A program made the position numbers and the translations under genes. This document shows, piece by piece, positions 48,725 through 60,519 of a DNA stretch of 60,519 nt. Position 1 is the first letter of the stretch. Every line of letters starts with the position of its first letter. Location of the stretch: NCBI RefSeq assembly GCF_001194135.2, contig NC_069003.1:27091687-27152205 (forward strand), read 5' to 3'. The stretch is from Octopus bimaculoides (taxonomy: Eukaryota). The notes beneath the pieces are model-generated. The model was not told the DNA's origin. It worked only from the letters and a program-made list of their open reading frames with translations, and did no database searches.

Positions 48725-48840
48725 GACCGCTTTCCTGTCCCGAGGTCGATAAATCAAGTACTAGTTGAGAATTAGGGTGAATGTAAGCGTCATCCCCTTC
48801 CTCTGAAAATTGTTGATTTAGGGTGGAAATTACAAAGAAA
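48725..48840 (+). mobile_element. SINE family A core/tail fragment, old
   Basis: GCTTTCCTGTCCCGAGGTCGATAAATCAAGTACTAGTTGAG. Confidence 0.65.
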
Positions 48841-48938
48841 ACAAAACACCCGATTCTCAATAAGTTAGAATTATTTCTCAGCAAAAGAAACGACGAAGGT
48901 AGGTTATGTCAGACATTTTATCACTAGACTTATTTAGT

Positions 48939-49437
48939 GGCGGGATTCTGGTTTAAGCACCCCATATATTTCTTCATAATTTTTTTATCTTATGCAATTT
49001 TCAGCAAATTTTTGCGAATTTGTTCTACACACGGGAATTCATATGATTATGCAAAAAAAAAAAAAAATCGCTTGATTTAAGGGCGATTTAGCTGTTGTTT
49101 TTAGCGCATCTCTCACGACCTTGTTTCTTGGTCACTATAGCTAGTATTGATGTTTTTCAATATTTTTCTCCCCATAAACACTTTCGATGATCCATTGCTT
49201 GGAATTAAGACAAAAATTGGAATTTTCGTATTTTAAACTCTGATTAAAAAATAAATGCGAAAAAGAGTGGAACTTTTAGGATTTATGGGGTGGGTTGGGG
49301 TTGGTTAGGACTTAAAGAAAAAATAGCATAATCATATAAATTCTCGTGCGTAGAACACTAACTTTCAAGACTTGTCTGAAAATTCTTCAAAATAAGAAAG
49401 TTATGAGTTCTATGGGTACTTAAACCAGAATTCCGCC
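48939..49437. mobile_element. 499-bp non-autonomous DNA transposon with long imperfect TIRs and 8-bp TSD (Merlin- or hAT-like)
   Basis: Termini GGCGGGATTCTGGTTTAAGCACCC / GGCGGAATTCTGGTTTAAGTACCC match at 22/24, with patchy inverted similarity to ~90 bp. Flanks TATTTAGT / TATTTAGC. Confidence 0.85.
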
Positions 49438-49512
49438 TATTTAGCTCCCCAAATTAACCAGAATTCCTCGTATTTAGCTCCCCAAATTAATATTTAACTG
49501 TATATTTTCGGC

Positions 49513-49805
49513 CCATCCAGCCATCCGTATTTGCTGCCCACAATTCCTAATAGGATCGTGGGTGTAAAATCCCCAAGAACCTCTTCCACAAGGTCCAATC
49601 AGAAACAGCCGTCTTTAGACTCTCTTACTAGATTCTCAAGTGTGACGAATTGAAACTATGGATCTTATCCAATCCTTTCACTCGTGGTCTACCCCTAGGT
49701 TTCTTGTTGATTAGCTCGGCTTAGTTACCATATCTTGTGATCCTTTCTAGCAGCTTTTTAACGCTATGTGGTACCGGAGCCGTGATCTCTGAATGCGGAA
49801 TTTTG
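49513..49805 (-). mobile_element. RTE-clade LINE 3' end relic from a second family
   Basis: IQRSRLRY-H...ERITR...KKPRGRPRVKGLDKIHSFNSSHLRI**ESLKTAVSDWTLWKRFLGILHPR*, then a (GGAT)-like tail. Confidence 0.8.
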
Positions 49806-50272
49806 TTTTTGGTATTGCAGTTAATTAAGTTACTGCCATAACATTCGAAATACCAAGCACAACACAATATTTCTTTTCTTGTCAGTTCTAATAACGTATA
49901 TAATCAAGATATCTATTAACACCGATTAGTTGTGGTTGTTATTATTGTTGTGGGTGGTTTTGGTGTTGGTGATTATGTTCGAGGTGGTAGAGGTGGTTAT
50001 GTAGGTGAATCTGTTTGATTGCAATAAATAATTACGGTGAATTTCTAACTGAAAATGAACTATTTATCTGACGCCGTTCTTTAAGCTACAATCCAAAATA
50101 GCTTTAAGTGATGTCTATCGGAGATAAAACGCACTTCTAATAGGTTCAAGAGGCTAGCAAATAAGTTCAGCAGGTGACTTCAAGCAACATTATATTTCAT
50201 TTTCCTGAACCTAATAATGTTTAGTACGATAGATTGTTCAATAGAAATAAGTAACAATAAGAGCAACAATAA

Positions 50273-50490
50273 GTATTTCTAATATAGACGCAAGGCCTGA
50301 AATTTTAGGGAAACAAGGCTAGTCTATATCGTCGACTCCACTACTTGGTTGATATTCATTTTGTTAAACATGAAAAGATAACACACGAAAACAACCTCGG
50401 TGGTGTTTGAACTCAAACTGTATAGAACCGAAAGAAATTATGTTAAACGTTTTGTCCAGCACAGCGGTAATTCTGCTAGCTCGCCTCCTA
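50273..50490 (-). mobile_element. SINE family A, old full-length copy
   Basis: GCAAGGCCTGAAATTTTAGGG...CCTCGGTGGTGTTTGAACTCA...TTCTGCTAGCTCGCCTCCT. Confidence 0.75.
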
Positions 50491-50493
50491 AAA

Positions 50494-50790
50494 TAATATT
50501 ATTATTATTATGCGCTCTTTTAGAGCCTAGCCAGGCTCATGGGCTCGGTTTCCCGGTTTCTATGGCGTATGTGTTCTCCCCCAGCTGGACGGGACGCCAG
50601 TCCATCGCAGCGTTACTCAAGAAACAGGAAGAAAGAGTGAGAGAAAGTTAGGGCGAAAGAGTACAGCAGGGGTCACCACCACCCCCTGCCGGAGCTTCGT
50701 GGAGCTGTAAGTATTTTCGCTCAATAAACACACACATTGCCCGGTCTGGGAATCGAAACCGCGATCTTCCGACCGCTAGTCCGCTGCCCT
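50494..50790 (-). mobile_element. SINE family C3: C1 head and internal domain with a different, V-domain-like 3' part and (AAT)n tail
   Basis: Reverse complement aligns with 40386-40545 up to TTCCTGTTTCT, then TGCGATGGACTGGCGTCCCGTCCAG (50585-50610), which resembles the V-SINE domain from memory. Confidence 0.88.
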
Positions 50791-50799
50791 ATTGTAGAT

Positions 50800-50888
50800 G
50801 ACACTTCTTTCCGAAAATACCACGAAATGGGACTGAACGAAAGACTACATGGTTGGGAAGCAATCTTCTCAACCACACAGCCATGCCT
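50800..50888 (-). mobile_element. tRNA-like SINE head, probably family B
   Basis: Reverse complement GGCTGTGTGGTTGAGAAG...GTTCAGTCCCATTTCGTGG...GAAGTGTC has A-box-like and B-box-like motifs. Confidence 0.6.
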
Positions 50889-52025
50889 TGGAAATAACTA
50901 CAGATAATTCTCGTTGTCATTTAGAAATCTATAAAAAAACATCCGAAAATCCAGATTTCTCATTCAACAACATAAGAACACCAAAATTATAATCCAGGTG
51001 TCTTCACTTTTCACGATCACGTATTGTTCAGCATTTGCTCTTAATAATGCTAAATAATGCTGACACAGTGAACAGATATATTAAAATTGAAGCGTGTTTA
51101 GAAACCACTGCGAAACCATCAAGTGCCCACAGACAAGCAGTAAAATTGAAAATAAAACCACAAATTAAACACGTAATGCTCACTAAATGTCTATAAAACC
51201 CCATAATCTATTAGCGATTTTACTGTCTCAATGGATGTCATTCCCGATTGATAATAGTGGTTGCTTATGTAAATTTCCTTAACTTCGCCGTTCATTGTGT
51301 AGTTTCATGATTGTCTTTTATAAGATTTAGATATTTACGGAAGTTCTAGAATACTTTGGTGGATAATTACTATGTTTGTGTGCTGTCAATAACAAAACAA
51401 TGGCGTTAATAATAGAGCAAACGTACAATGACAATGGTGAGAGATAAACAGACGTGAAATTAAGAGAGGAAAAGATAAACAGACATGAAATAAGACAAGA
51501 CAACCTCAATAGAAATATAAGGAAATATAAAGAAAATACATTGGTTTTAATTGCGTCCACAGTTTTTATCTTCCTTTTTTTTTTCATTCAGAAACAAACA
51601 AAATTTTCTTCATATATTTATTGTTGAATATATATCGTGTTTTTCTTCGTATATATATATATATATATNNNNNNNNNNNNNNNNNNNNNNNNNNNNNNNN
51701 NNNNNNNNNNNNNNNNNNNNNNNNNNNNNNNNNNNNNNNNNNNNNNNNNNNNNNNNNNNNNNNNNNNNNNNNNNNNNNNNNNNNNNNNNNNNNNNNNNNN
51801 NNNNNNNNNNNNNNNNNNNNNNNNNNNNNNNNNNNNNNNNNNNNNNNNNNNNNNNNNNNNNNNNNNNNNNNNNNNNNNNNNNNNNNNNNNNNNNNNNNNN
51901 NNNNNNNNNNNNNNNNNNNNNNNNNNNNNNNNNNNNNNNNNNNNNNNNNNNNNNNNNNNNNNNNNNNNNNNNNNNNNNNNNNNNNNNNNNNNNNNNNNNN
52001 NNNNNNNNNNNNNNNNNNNNNNNNN

Positions 52026-52057
<32 letters not shown>

Positions 52058-52522
52058 TACATATGCACAAATATAGATGTACACATTCATGCACACAAAA
52101 GTATGTGTGTGTGTATATGTGCTTTAAATTATCATATGTGTGTATGTGTAATCATGTGTGTATGTATGTGTGTGTCTTTACATATTTCGTTCGCTGATCT
52201 TACAGTTGTGGTAGTCTCAGTTTCCCCCTCTGTGCATCATTGAGTCAGTCAATTGTACAGATATAGACGCTCACACATACACATATCCTTACGCACGCAC
52301 ATAAACGCATATGCATATTTATACTCACAACTACGCACGTACACTTCTACACACAAACGTATACAATCACTCACAATCAAAAAGGGAAACACACACACGT
52401 GCACGCACACACAGAGATTACTATGGGTTTAATAGTGGTAGTCTGATAGACTGAAAGTTCATTGTGACCACAACACCACCACTACCATTGCTGGTGCTAG
52501 TGTTGCTGCTGCTGCGGCTGCT

Positions 52523-52636
<114 letters not shown>

Positions 52637-52868
52637 GCTACCACTATCATCGACATCACCATTACTTCACTATATATACGTGTGTGAGTGTGTCCGTCCA
52701 TATATATATNNNNNNNNNNNNNNNNNNNNNNNNNNNNNNNNNNNNNNNNNNNNNNNNNNNNNNNNNNNNNNNNNNNNNNNNNNNNNNNNNNNNNNNNNNN
52801 NNNNNNNNNNNNNNNNNNNNNNNNNNNNNNNNNNNNNNNNNNNNNNNNNNNNNNNNNNNNNNNNNNNN

Positions 52869-52901
<33 letters not shown>

Positions 52902-53221
52902 TAAATATACAAAACCTCTACGTATTTATCACTACATCTTCCCTTGATTTCTCATGCTCCGCTGGTCGTATATCAATGGAAAGTTTGGTTCCAATCAAAT
53001 AACGTCGCGCCCACCAAATTTATTAACAAAAATCCACCATTAGGCCAACACCAACCCTTCATCTGGACGGAGAGGTTGTTATTGTTGTTGTAAAGCCCCA
53101 AATAAGCTTGCAGGTTGACGAAGCTGAGACCCATTTTCTTTTTTACACCATGTTTCCATCAGGCTGAGAAGAGTACTCCGATATACAGAGATCGTATGGA
53201 GTGAAAAGTGAAAGTATACAC

Positions 53222-53479
53222 CTGTGGATTACAAACAATGTTTTTTGCTTATGGACCGCTTTGAATACTATTTAACTCGGATGGATCCCCATAGCCATTT
53301 ACTGTTTAAAAACCCTATCATATTTTTATGATTAAATATTATTAGGAGTTGTATCAAAAAATTGTTAAAATATTTTTTCTGTATCGTATAAGTATAACCA
53401 GCTTATTGTACATAGATTTTAACAGCAAAATTGTAAGTGGTCCTCCAAGGGTAGTATGGACTTCGATTAGGTAACACTG
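53222..53479. mobile_element. Old hAT (Charlie-like) MITE
   Basis: Degenerate TIRs CTGTGGATTACAAAC / CAGTGTTACCTAATC, subterminal TGGACC/GGTCC motifs, flanks GTATACAC / GTCTAGAT (5/8; the right flank fits NTCTAGAN). Confidence 0.5.
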
Positions 53480-53929
53480 GTCTAGATATAATACATTCTC
53501 TTCTCTATCCCTTCTATTGTTATTCACTTGTAGATTCTGGCAGTAGCTACGGTGGATTATGATTACGTGATATGTAGCATATAATTTATAGTAACATGGG
53601 AAATTTAGTTAATGGATGCACAACCTTAAAGCAAATCATTAGTCTGACATATTTGTAAACGATCATTAAATCAGATAAGAAAAATATCAAAGAAATTGAG
53701 TCGAAACTTGAGTAAGCCTCGGCTTACTAATGATGAGAATAAGCATGTATTGTTAAATAAAGAACTATGAATGAGAGTAAGCAGACGAGTCCTATGGGCA
53801 TATATAGAATCTATCCCTGTATATGGTGGTGAGACATCTAACATCAACAAATAAGCGCAAAATCTTATCAGTCATGCTGAAGGGGTACTATTTATATAAA
53901 GTGGTAAACATTGAAGCCCTTATACAAGT

Positions 53930-54560
53930 AAAGGCCACCAGAACGATTCATAACGATATAGAAAGATATAGAAAGATGTAGGCTCAGTTCGTTAGACACT
54001 GTATAAGAAAAACGAAAGCCCTGAGCATTTGATGACAAGCAGAAAATTGATAAAAGAAGAAAACAGGGAAGACAGCGGCAAAACTCGAAGACCTTATGTT
54101 GTGTCGACGCCCCCAAGCGAAGAAGTAGGATCGTCCGAGACATATACATAGAGGTAGTCTAGCCGTGGTGAAGGAGTTGAGTAGCCGTCGTGTAGCGGTT
54201 GAGTAGAGATCATCCGAAGATGCTAGATAGCAGTAGCTTGAGACATAGCACCTTACCAGCTGGAATCAGAATAACCAGCCTAACGTGCCATTAAGGGAAC
54301 AGAATGGCATGGGAATCGTTAATAGTCAGCGCCCGAGAGATGCCACGTAAAGAGAGGCATTGTTGTAATACTTGGTCTGTTTCTTTGTATAATCGATGTT
54401 TCATCTGAGACAATGATTTCGGTACTGTTTCACTTGTGGATGAGAAGGTAAATGTCTTTTTTCTTGACATTTTCAATCGGTTTTGGACATTCAGTGTCTC
54501 TATATATTTGCAGACACAATGTTTTGTGCATTCATTGTAAACGGACGTGATATATCAGGC
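53930..54560. mobile_element. Unassigned CpG-rich repeat-like segment, possibly from a Penelope-like element
   Basis: GC and CpG content well above background with no convincing ORF in the frames I checked. I recall similar octopus repeat sequence, but no diagnostic motif is visible. Confidence 0.3.
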
Positions 54561-54709
54561 TCTTCGTCCTATTGTTTATGACTAAAAGTTATGAAATAAT
54601 AGCTGCATATGAACAAACATGTATACACACACACACACACGCACACACACACACACACACACACAAACATATATATATATAAATAAATATATGTATATGT
54701 ATTTGTGTG

Positions 54710-54742
<33 letters not shown>

Positions 54743-55718
54743 NNNNNNNNNNNNNNNNNNNNNNNNNNNNNNNNNNNNNNNNNNNNNNNNNNNNNNNNNN
54801 NNNNNNNNNNNNNNNNNNNNNNNNNNNNNNNNNNNNNNNNNNNNNNNNNNNNNNNNNNNNNNNNNNNNNNNNNNNNNNNNNNNNNNNNNNNNNNNNNNNN
54901 NNNNNNNNNNNNNNNNNNNNNNNNNNNNNNNNNNNNNNNNNNNNNNNNNNNNNNNNNNNNNNNNNNNNNNNNNNNNNNNNNNNNNNNNNNNNNNNNNNNN
55001 NNNNNNNNNNNNNNNNNNNNNNNNNNNNNNNNNNNNNNNNNNNNNNNNNNNNNNNNNNNNNNNNNNNNNNNNNNNNNNNNNNNNNNNNNNNNNNNNNNNN
55101 NNNNNNNNNNNNNNNNNNNNNNNNNNNNNNNNNNNNNNNNNNNNNNNNNNNNNNNNNNNNNNNNNNNNNNNNNNNNNNNNNNNNNNNNNNNNNNNNNNNN
55201 NNNNNNNNNNNNNNNNNNNNNNNNNNNNNNNNNNNNNNNNNNNNNNNNNNNNNNNNNNNNNNNNNNNNNNNNNNNNNNNNNNNNNNNNNNNNNNNNNNNN
55301 NNNNNNNNNNNNNNNNNNNNNNNNNNNNNNNNNNNNNNNNNNNNNNNNNNNNNNNNNNNNNNNNNNNNNNNNNNNNNNNNNNNNNNNNNNNNNNNNNNNN
55401 NNNNNNNNNNNNNNNNNNNNNNNNNNNNNNNNNNNNNNNNNNNNNNNNNNNNNNNNNNNNNNNNNNNNNNNNNNNNNNNNNNNNNNNNNNNNNNNNNNNN
55501 NNNNNNNNNNNNNNNNNNNNNNNNNNNNNNNNNNNNNNNNNNNNNNNNNNNNNNNNNNNNNNNNNNNNNNNNNNNNNNNNNNNNNNNNNNNNNNNNNNNN
55601 NNNNNNNNNNNNNNNNNNNNNNNNNNNNNNNNNNNNNNNNNNNNNNNNNNNNNNNNNNNNNNNNNNNNNNNNNNNNNNNNNNNNNNNNNNNNNNNNNNNN
55701 NNNNNNNNNNNNNNNNNN

Positions 55719-55759
<41 letters not shown>

Positions 55760-56094
55760 GTATTGATATGGATTTTACGCCTCGTCATATAACAACTGGC
55801 TTTGCCAAAGTCCGTATATTTTTAAAATAAGCAGATTAGATATTGGATTCCCAACTATGTGGAAACAATTTCTCATTAAAGTACAAAAAAAAAAAAATAA
55901 ATAAAATAAAATAAAACGCAGAAGAAAAATCCTATAAAAATAAAAATAAATAATTTATTACGATTTAAAATCCCATTTCCATGCAGTTTGATTTTTCATA
56001 GCATTTTTATTTCTCCTTATTGATCAAATTATTCAGTTATAACGTTTGAGATATTTTTGAGTGCCATATTTTTTATCCTTTTCGATATTGTAAA

Positions 56095-56230
<136 letters not shown>

Positions 56231-56636
56231 TGTTCTTGTAATTATTTTATCTATAATATATTAATGTTTCTGTTGGTTCTAGAGAGGTGGGGAATATTTT
56301 TTTCATGCATCTATTTCGTATTATTGACATACGTTTTGCCACGTAGTTATTAAAGACTCTTATTGGCAAACAAATAATAATCATTAATTTCGAAATATAA
56401 TCCATATACATTGCAGTTTCTATTTTGCTACATCTCCCCCTTATTCCTTTTCATACTCTTCTCCTTCTTTCTATCTTTCTTTCTTTTCTTTGTTTTCTCT
56501 CTTTCTGCCTTTCTTTCCTTCACATCGTTTTTTTCCCCGCTCATTCTTACATTCTTTTGTAGAATCTCATATTCTCACTTCCACCCTCTATCCATTTTTT
56601 ACTCCTTACCCTCGCAATCTTATACTCACTCACTCA

Positions 56637-56698
<62 letters not shown>

Positions 56699-57218
56699 NN
56701 NNNNNNNNNNNNNNNNNNNNNNNNNNNNNNNNNNNNNNNNNNNNNNNNNNNNNNNNNNNNNNNNNNNNNNNNNNNNNNNNNNNNNNNNNNNNNNNNNNNN
56801 NNNNNNNNNNNNNNNNNNNNNNNNNNNNNNNNNNNNNNNNNNNNNNNNNNNNNNNNNNNNNNNNNNNNNNNNNNNNNNNNNNNNNNNNNNNNNNNNNNNN
56901 NNNNNNNNNNNNNNNNNNNNNNNNNNNNNNNNNNNNNNNNNNNNNNNNNNNNNNNNNNNNNNNNNNNNNNNNNNNNNNNNNNNNNNNNNNNNNNNNNNNN
57001 NNNNNNNNNNNNNNNNNNNNNNNNNNNNNNNNNNNNNNNNNNNNNNNNNNNNNNNNNNNNNNNNNNNNNNNNNNNNNNNNNNNNNNNNNNNNNNNNNNNN
57101 NNNNNNNNNNNNNNNNNNNNNNNNNNNNNNNNNNNNNNNNNNNNNNNNNNNNNNNNNNNNNNNNNNNNNNNNNNNNNNNNNNNNNNNNNNNNNNNNNNNN
57201 NNNNNNNNNNNNNNNNNN

Positions 57219-57273
<55 letters not shown>

Positions 57274-57399
57274 ATTATCGCACTGTCGTTTCCTTTATTC
57301 CTCCTTTCTAGCGTACCATGGCCATCTTCTGTATATTCCTCCCACGTCTTATGCTTAGGAAGCAAAAGCCTTATCGGATCTTTTCCTTTCCCCCATAGT

Positions 57400-57600
57400 G
57401 TAGTCGTCGTCATCGTTGTCGTCGTCATCATCATCTTCATCGTCATCATCATCATCATCATCACCAGCACCAGCAGCAGCATCTCCATCATCTTGCTTTT
57501 ATCGTTGCCATCATCTTTTCCATCATCACCACTCTCACTTACAACAGCAGCAGGAACAACAACAATAGCAGCAGCAGCAGTAGCAGCAGCAGTAGCAGCA
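57400..57600. repeat. (CGT/CAT)n then (CAG/TAG)n compound array
   Basis: Seen directly. Confidence 0.9.
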
Positions 57601-58178
57601 GTGATTAAAGCCTCACCAATTATCATCATATACTTCTTGCTTTCCTTTTATCGATTTTCACTTCAAATATTATTAAAACCATTTTAGTAAACAGCGTAAT
57701 GACTACCATGTTGATGACTCAACGATTCCGGTTCGATTCCAGATTGCAGTCAGTTGTTTTTAATGTACCGGTTATGTCGCTTGTTGCTGATAGTAATGTA
57801 AATGATCTTTTTTCTAGAACTGTCGAGCCTTGAGGTCCTTAAAGGTGATATATGGTGTCTGAAGTGCTGGAACCTCAATTCTATCGACATGTGCCCAGTT
57901 GCCAATTCTAAAGCATTTGAGCTAATTGAATCGGTAGACCTTTTGTCTTAGCCCTTCCGTAACTATGTGTCCCCTTCAAGGGCCACAAACATTTTTCTGA
58001 GTAATCTGTCCACTAGGATCATTAAAAGAACTAAATGTCAAATAAGCACCGTTAAAAAAAAATCAATACTGAAGTAATATTGTGATAAATCATTATGAAA
58101 CAACAGCGTTTCTGCTAAAAAGTGGTTCCATAACCTCAATAACAGAATATATTTTCAGCCAGTTTGATACAATAGATG

Positions 58179-58473
58179 ATTTGGACTCAGGTCTTAAAGA
58201 TGGGTGAAATGCACTAAACATTTCATCCGTAATGCTAATGATTCTACCAGCTCGCAAATTGATAATAAATGTTAGTTCCGGGCTAAACGGGAGAGGAACT
58301 TTGTCGATTGCATAGATCCCAGTTCTAGACCTTGCCTTTCATCATTTCGGGGTCGAAATAATGAAGCGCAAATTTCATCCCAGTGGAATTTGAACTCAGA
58401 ACGTAAAGAGCTGAGAGAAGTATCACTAATTATTTTATCCAATGTGGTAGCGGTTCCGCCAGCTCGCTGCCTT
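58179..58473 (-). mobile_element. Cluster of SINE A fragments: minus 58179-58258, plus core 58327-58360, minus 58370-58473
   Basis: GCTAATGATTCTACCAGCTCGC; CTTGCCTTTCATCATTTCGGGGTCGA; GGAATTTGAACTCAGAACGTAAAG...CCGCCAGCTCGCTGCCTT. Confidence 0.8.
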
Positions 58474-59822
58474 AATAATAAATGAGCCGTAAACAGTAAA
58501 TGTCTGACAAGGAACTGAGAAATGTACCAATAATTAAAAGTTATATAGGTTTAACGAATGACTCTTTTAAATTGCGATGTAACAAGGCATACGCACAAAA
58601 CTCCACTTCGACCAGCAGGTACATCTTTGTCATAACACATATGGAACATGAAAGATAAACTCAGCATTATCAACATCAAATGGAAAATGTTGCACCACTA
58701 GAAACTTTACACGATTTTATTATTTACACACCACTGAAATGTTCAAAATCTCATTTCATCCTCAGAATAGACTGAATAAAATGCAATGCTTATGTCATCA
58801 TGTCGTCACAAAATATATATATATATACTGAGTAATTGCAAAGTAACAAATCATTAACTGTGTACTTACTTGTACTATACTCATTTCAAACATGCATGGA
58901 AGAGGTAATAGTCTTACCGGCCCACTCTTATAATCCCAAAATTTGTACCTGTCGTAAAAGTTATATATTCATATCATTTTCTACAAAGCTATACCGTTTA
59001 GTATACACCGCAATTGACTTTCACTCCAAACAACATTTCATATTTTATGATCCCATCTTCTCTCCTAAACAACTATCCTTTCATATATTTTCACCTCAAA
59101 TTAACCACCTACCTATAAAAAAAAAACAAACACTCTTTCTCCTTGTTCTCTCTTTCTCCCACTCTCGTTCAGTCTCTTTCTATTTTTTGTTCACCTTTTC
59201 TTTCTGTTTCGGTTTATTTATCTTTCTCACTTCACCCCTAATTTACCAACAATTTTCTGCTATTTTTTTGTTTTTTGTTTTTCCTATTCTATATTTTCCT
59301 CCTTTCATTTCTTGCTATTCATACAGTTGCACTGTCCAATACTCTAACATCAAACCGTTTCTCAATAACGTTATTGCTCATATTCACATATATTATACAG
59401 TGCTTTCAAATATTTTGTGACTGCCTCATTTCCATATATATGTGTTCCTGTGTGCGCGCACGTCTTTCTCTCTGTCTGTGTGTGTATGTATTCATATATA
59501 TATATATATCGAACAAAAGACTAAACTCGGAGTCTTACTGGTTAAACCTTAGCAGCTACTGAATTTTATATGAATCCACTACTCTTATTCTCGTATTGAG
59601 TGAGCTTTCTTTCTTTTCATGTTTGTATGCATTAACGTGCATCCGCTCATTCATGATTTTATTCATTCGCAAAGTGTGTATATATACATGTGTGTTTATA
59701 TGCTTATATATANNNNNNNNNNNNNNNNNNNNNNNNNNNNNNNNNNNNNNNNNNNNNNNNNNNNNNNNNNNNNNNNNNNNNNNNNNNNNNNNNNNNNNNN
59801 NNNNNNNNNNNNNNNNNNNNNN

Positions 59823-59853
<31 letters not shown>

Positions 59854-60519
59854 TATGTATATATATATATGTATACACTCAGACACGCACACATACATAC
59901 ACACACACACACGCTCATATATATTAGCTATACATTTGAAACTTTGAATCTATATCTGCAGGGTAAATTAACAGGGCATAAAAAATATACTACTTCCGGT
60001 TATTAACAAAATCAAAGCGAAACAAAGAGGTTATGGGAGGTCCTTTACCAAACAGAACCGAATAGGTCTTTTTTTTTTTAATATTTTTGTTTTTGCTGTT
60101 CTTTGTAGTTTAATAGTATGTGTGACTCTGCATGTTCGGCGATATGCGTGTAGCTATATGGGTATGCGTTTTGGCTAGGTGGCTTTTGTTTGTTATGCGG
60201 TAAAATACGTCTATTAAATGCGTGTGTGTATATGTGTCTGTGTGTATATGTGTGTGTGAGAGAGAGAAAGAGAGAGAGTAAATGTGCATGTGTGGGTGCG
60301 TGCGTGCGTATGGTAGAGAATTCATATGCGTGTATACGAGGAGTCTATGCATTTATGATGTATGTAATTATTCATGTATGTGTGTGCATATGTATGTAAG
60401 TATGTATGTGTGTACGTAGGAGAACTGGTATTCATTTGCAATGTTGAAAAATGTTTAGTCTGTGTATATGTAATCTCTTATGTATGCATATGTGTGTGTA
60501 TATATATATATATATATAT

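Noticed and set aside
58836-59420. 194-aa ORF
   Set aside because: It lies on a G-poor, pyrimidine-skewed low-complexity strand where stop codons are depleted, and the product is F/S/L/I-biased with no motif.

Overview
AT-rich, microsatellite-dense animal DNA from a gapped draft assembly, with about 10.2 kb (~17%) of N and most gaps abutting simple repeats. From memory of the repeat families it looks like an Octopus (coleoid cephalopod) scaffold; this is an inference and was not searched. No intact protein-coding gene, tRNA or rRNA gene, or CRISPR array is supported, and most entries in the ORF track are translations of microsatellites or N runs. The interpretable content is mobile-element debris: about 30 copies or fragments of tRNA-headed SINEs (my labels A, B, C) built from swappable head, core and tail modules; two related Helitron pieces, one of which carries a SINE with a 12-bp TSD while the other supplies the empty site; a Tc1 transposase relic whose spacing suggests DD36E; two RTE-LINE 3' ends; and four TIR elements. 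Two unrelated hammerhead-ribozyme-like motifs on the minus strand (18797-18882, 25761-25866) share an unusual build: a palindromic stem-III tetraloop and a very long stem II. Weaker leads are a trypsin-like (S1) exon candidate at ~37.0 kb, a high-GC3 coding-like island at ~7.0 kb, an improbably long 216-codon ORF at ~48.3 kb, two strong RFX X-boxes and a perfect 44-bp palindrome. SINE boundaries are approximate (about +/-10 bp). Domain names were assigned by eye and need a database check.
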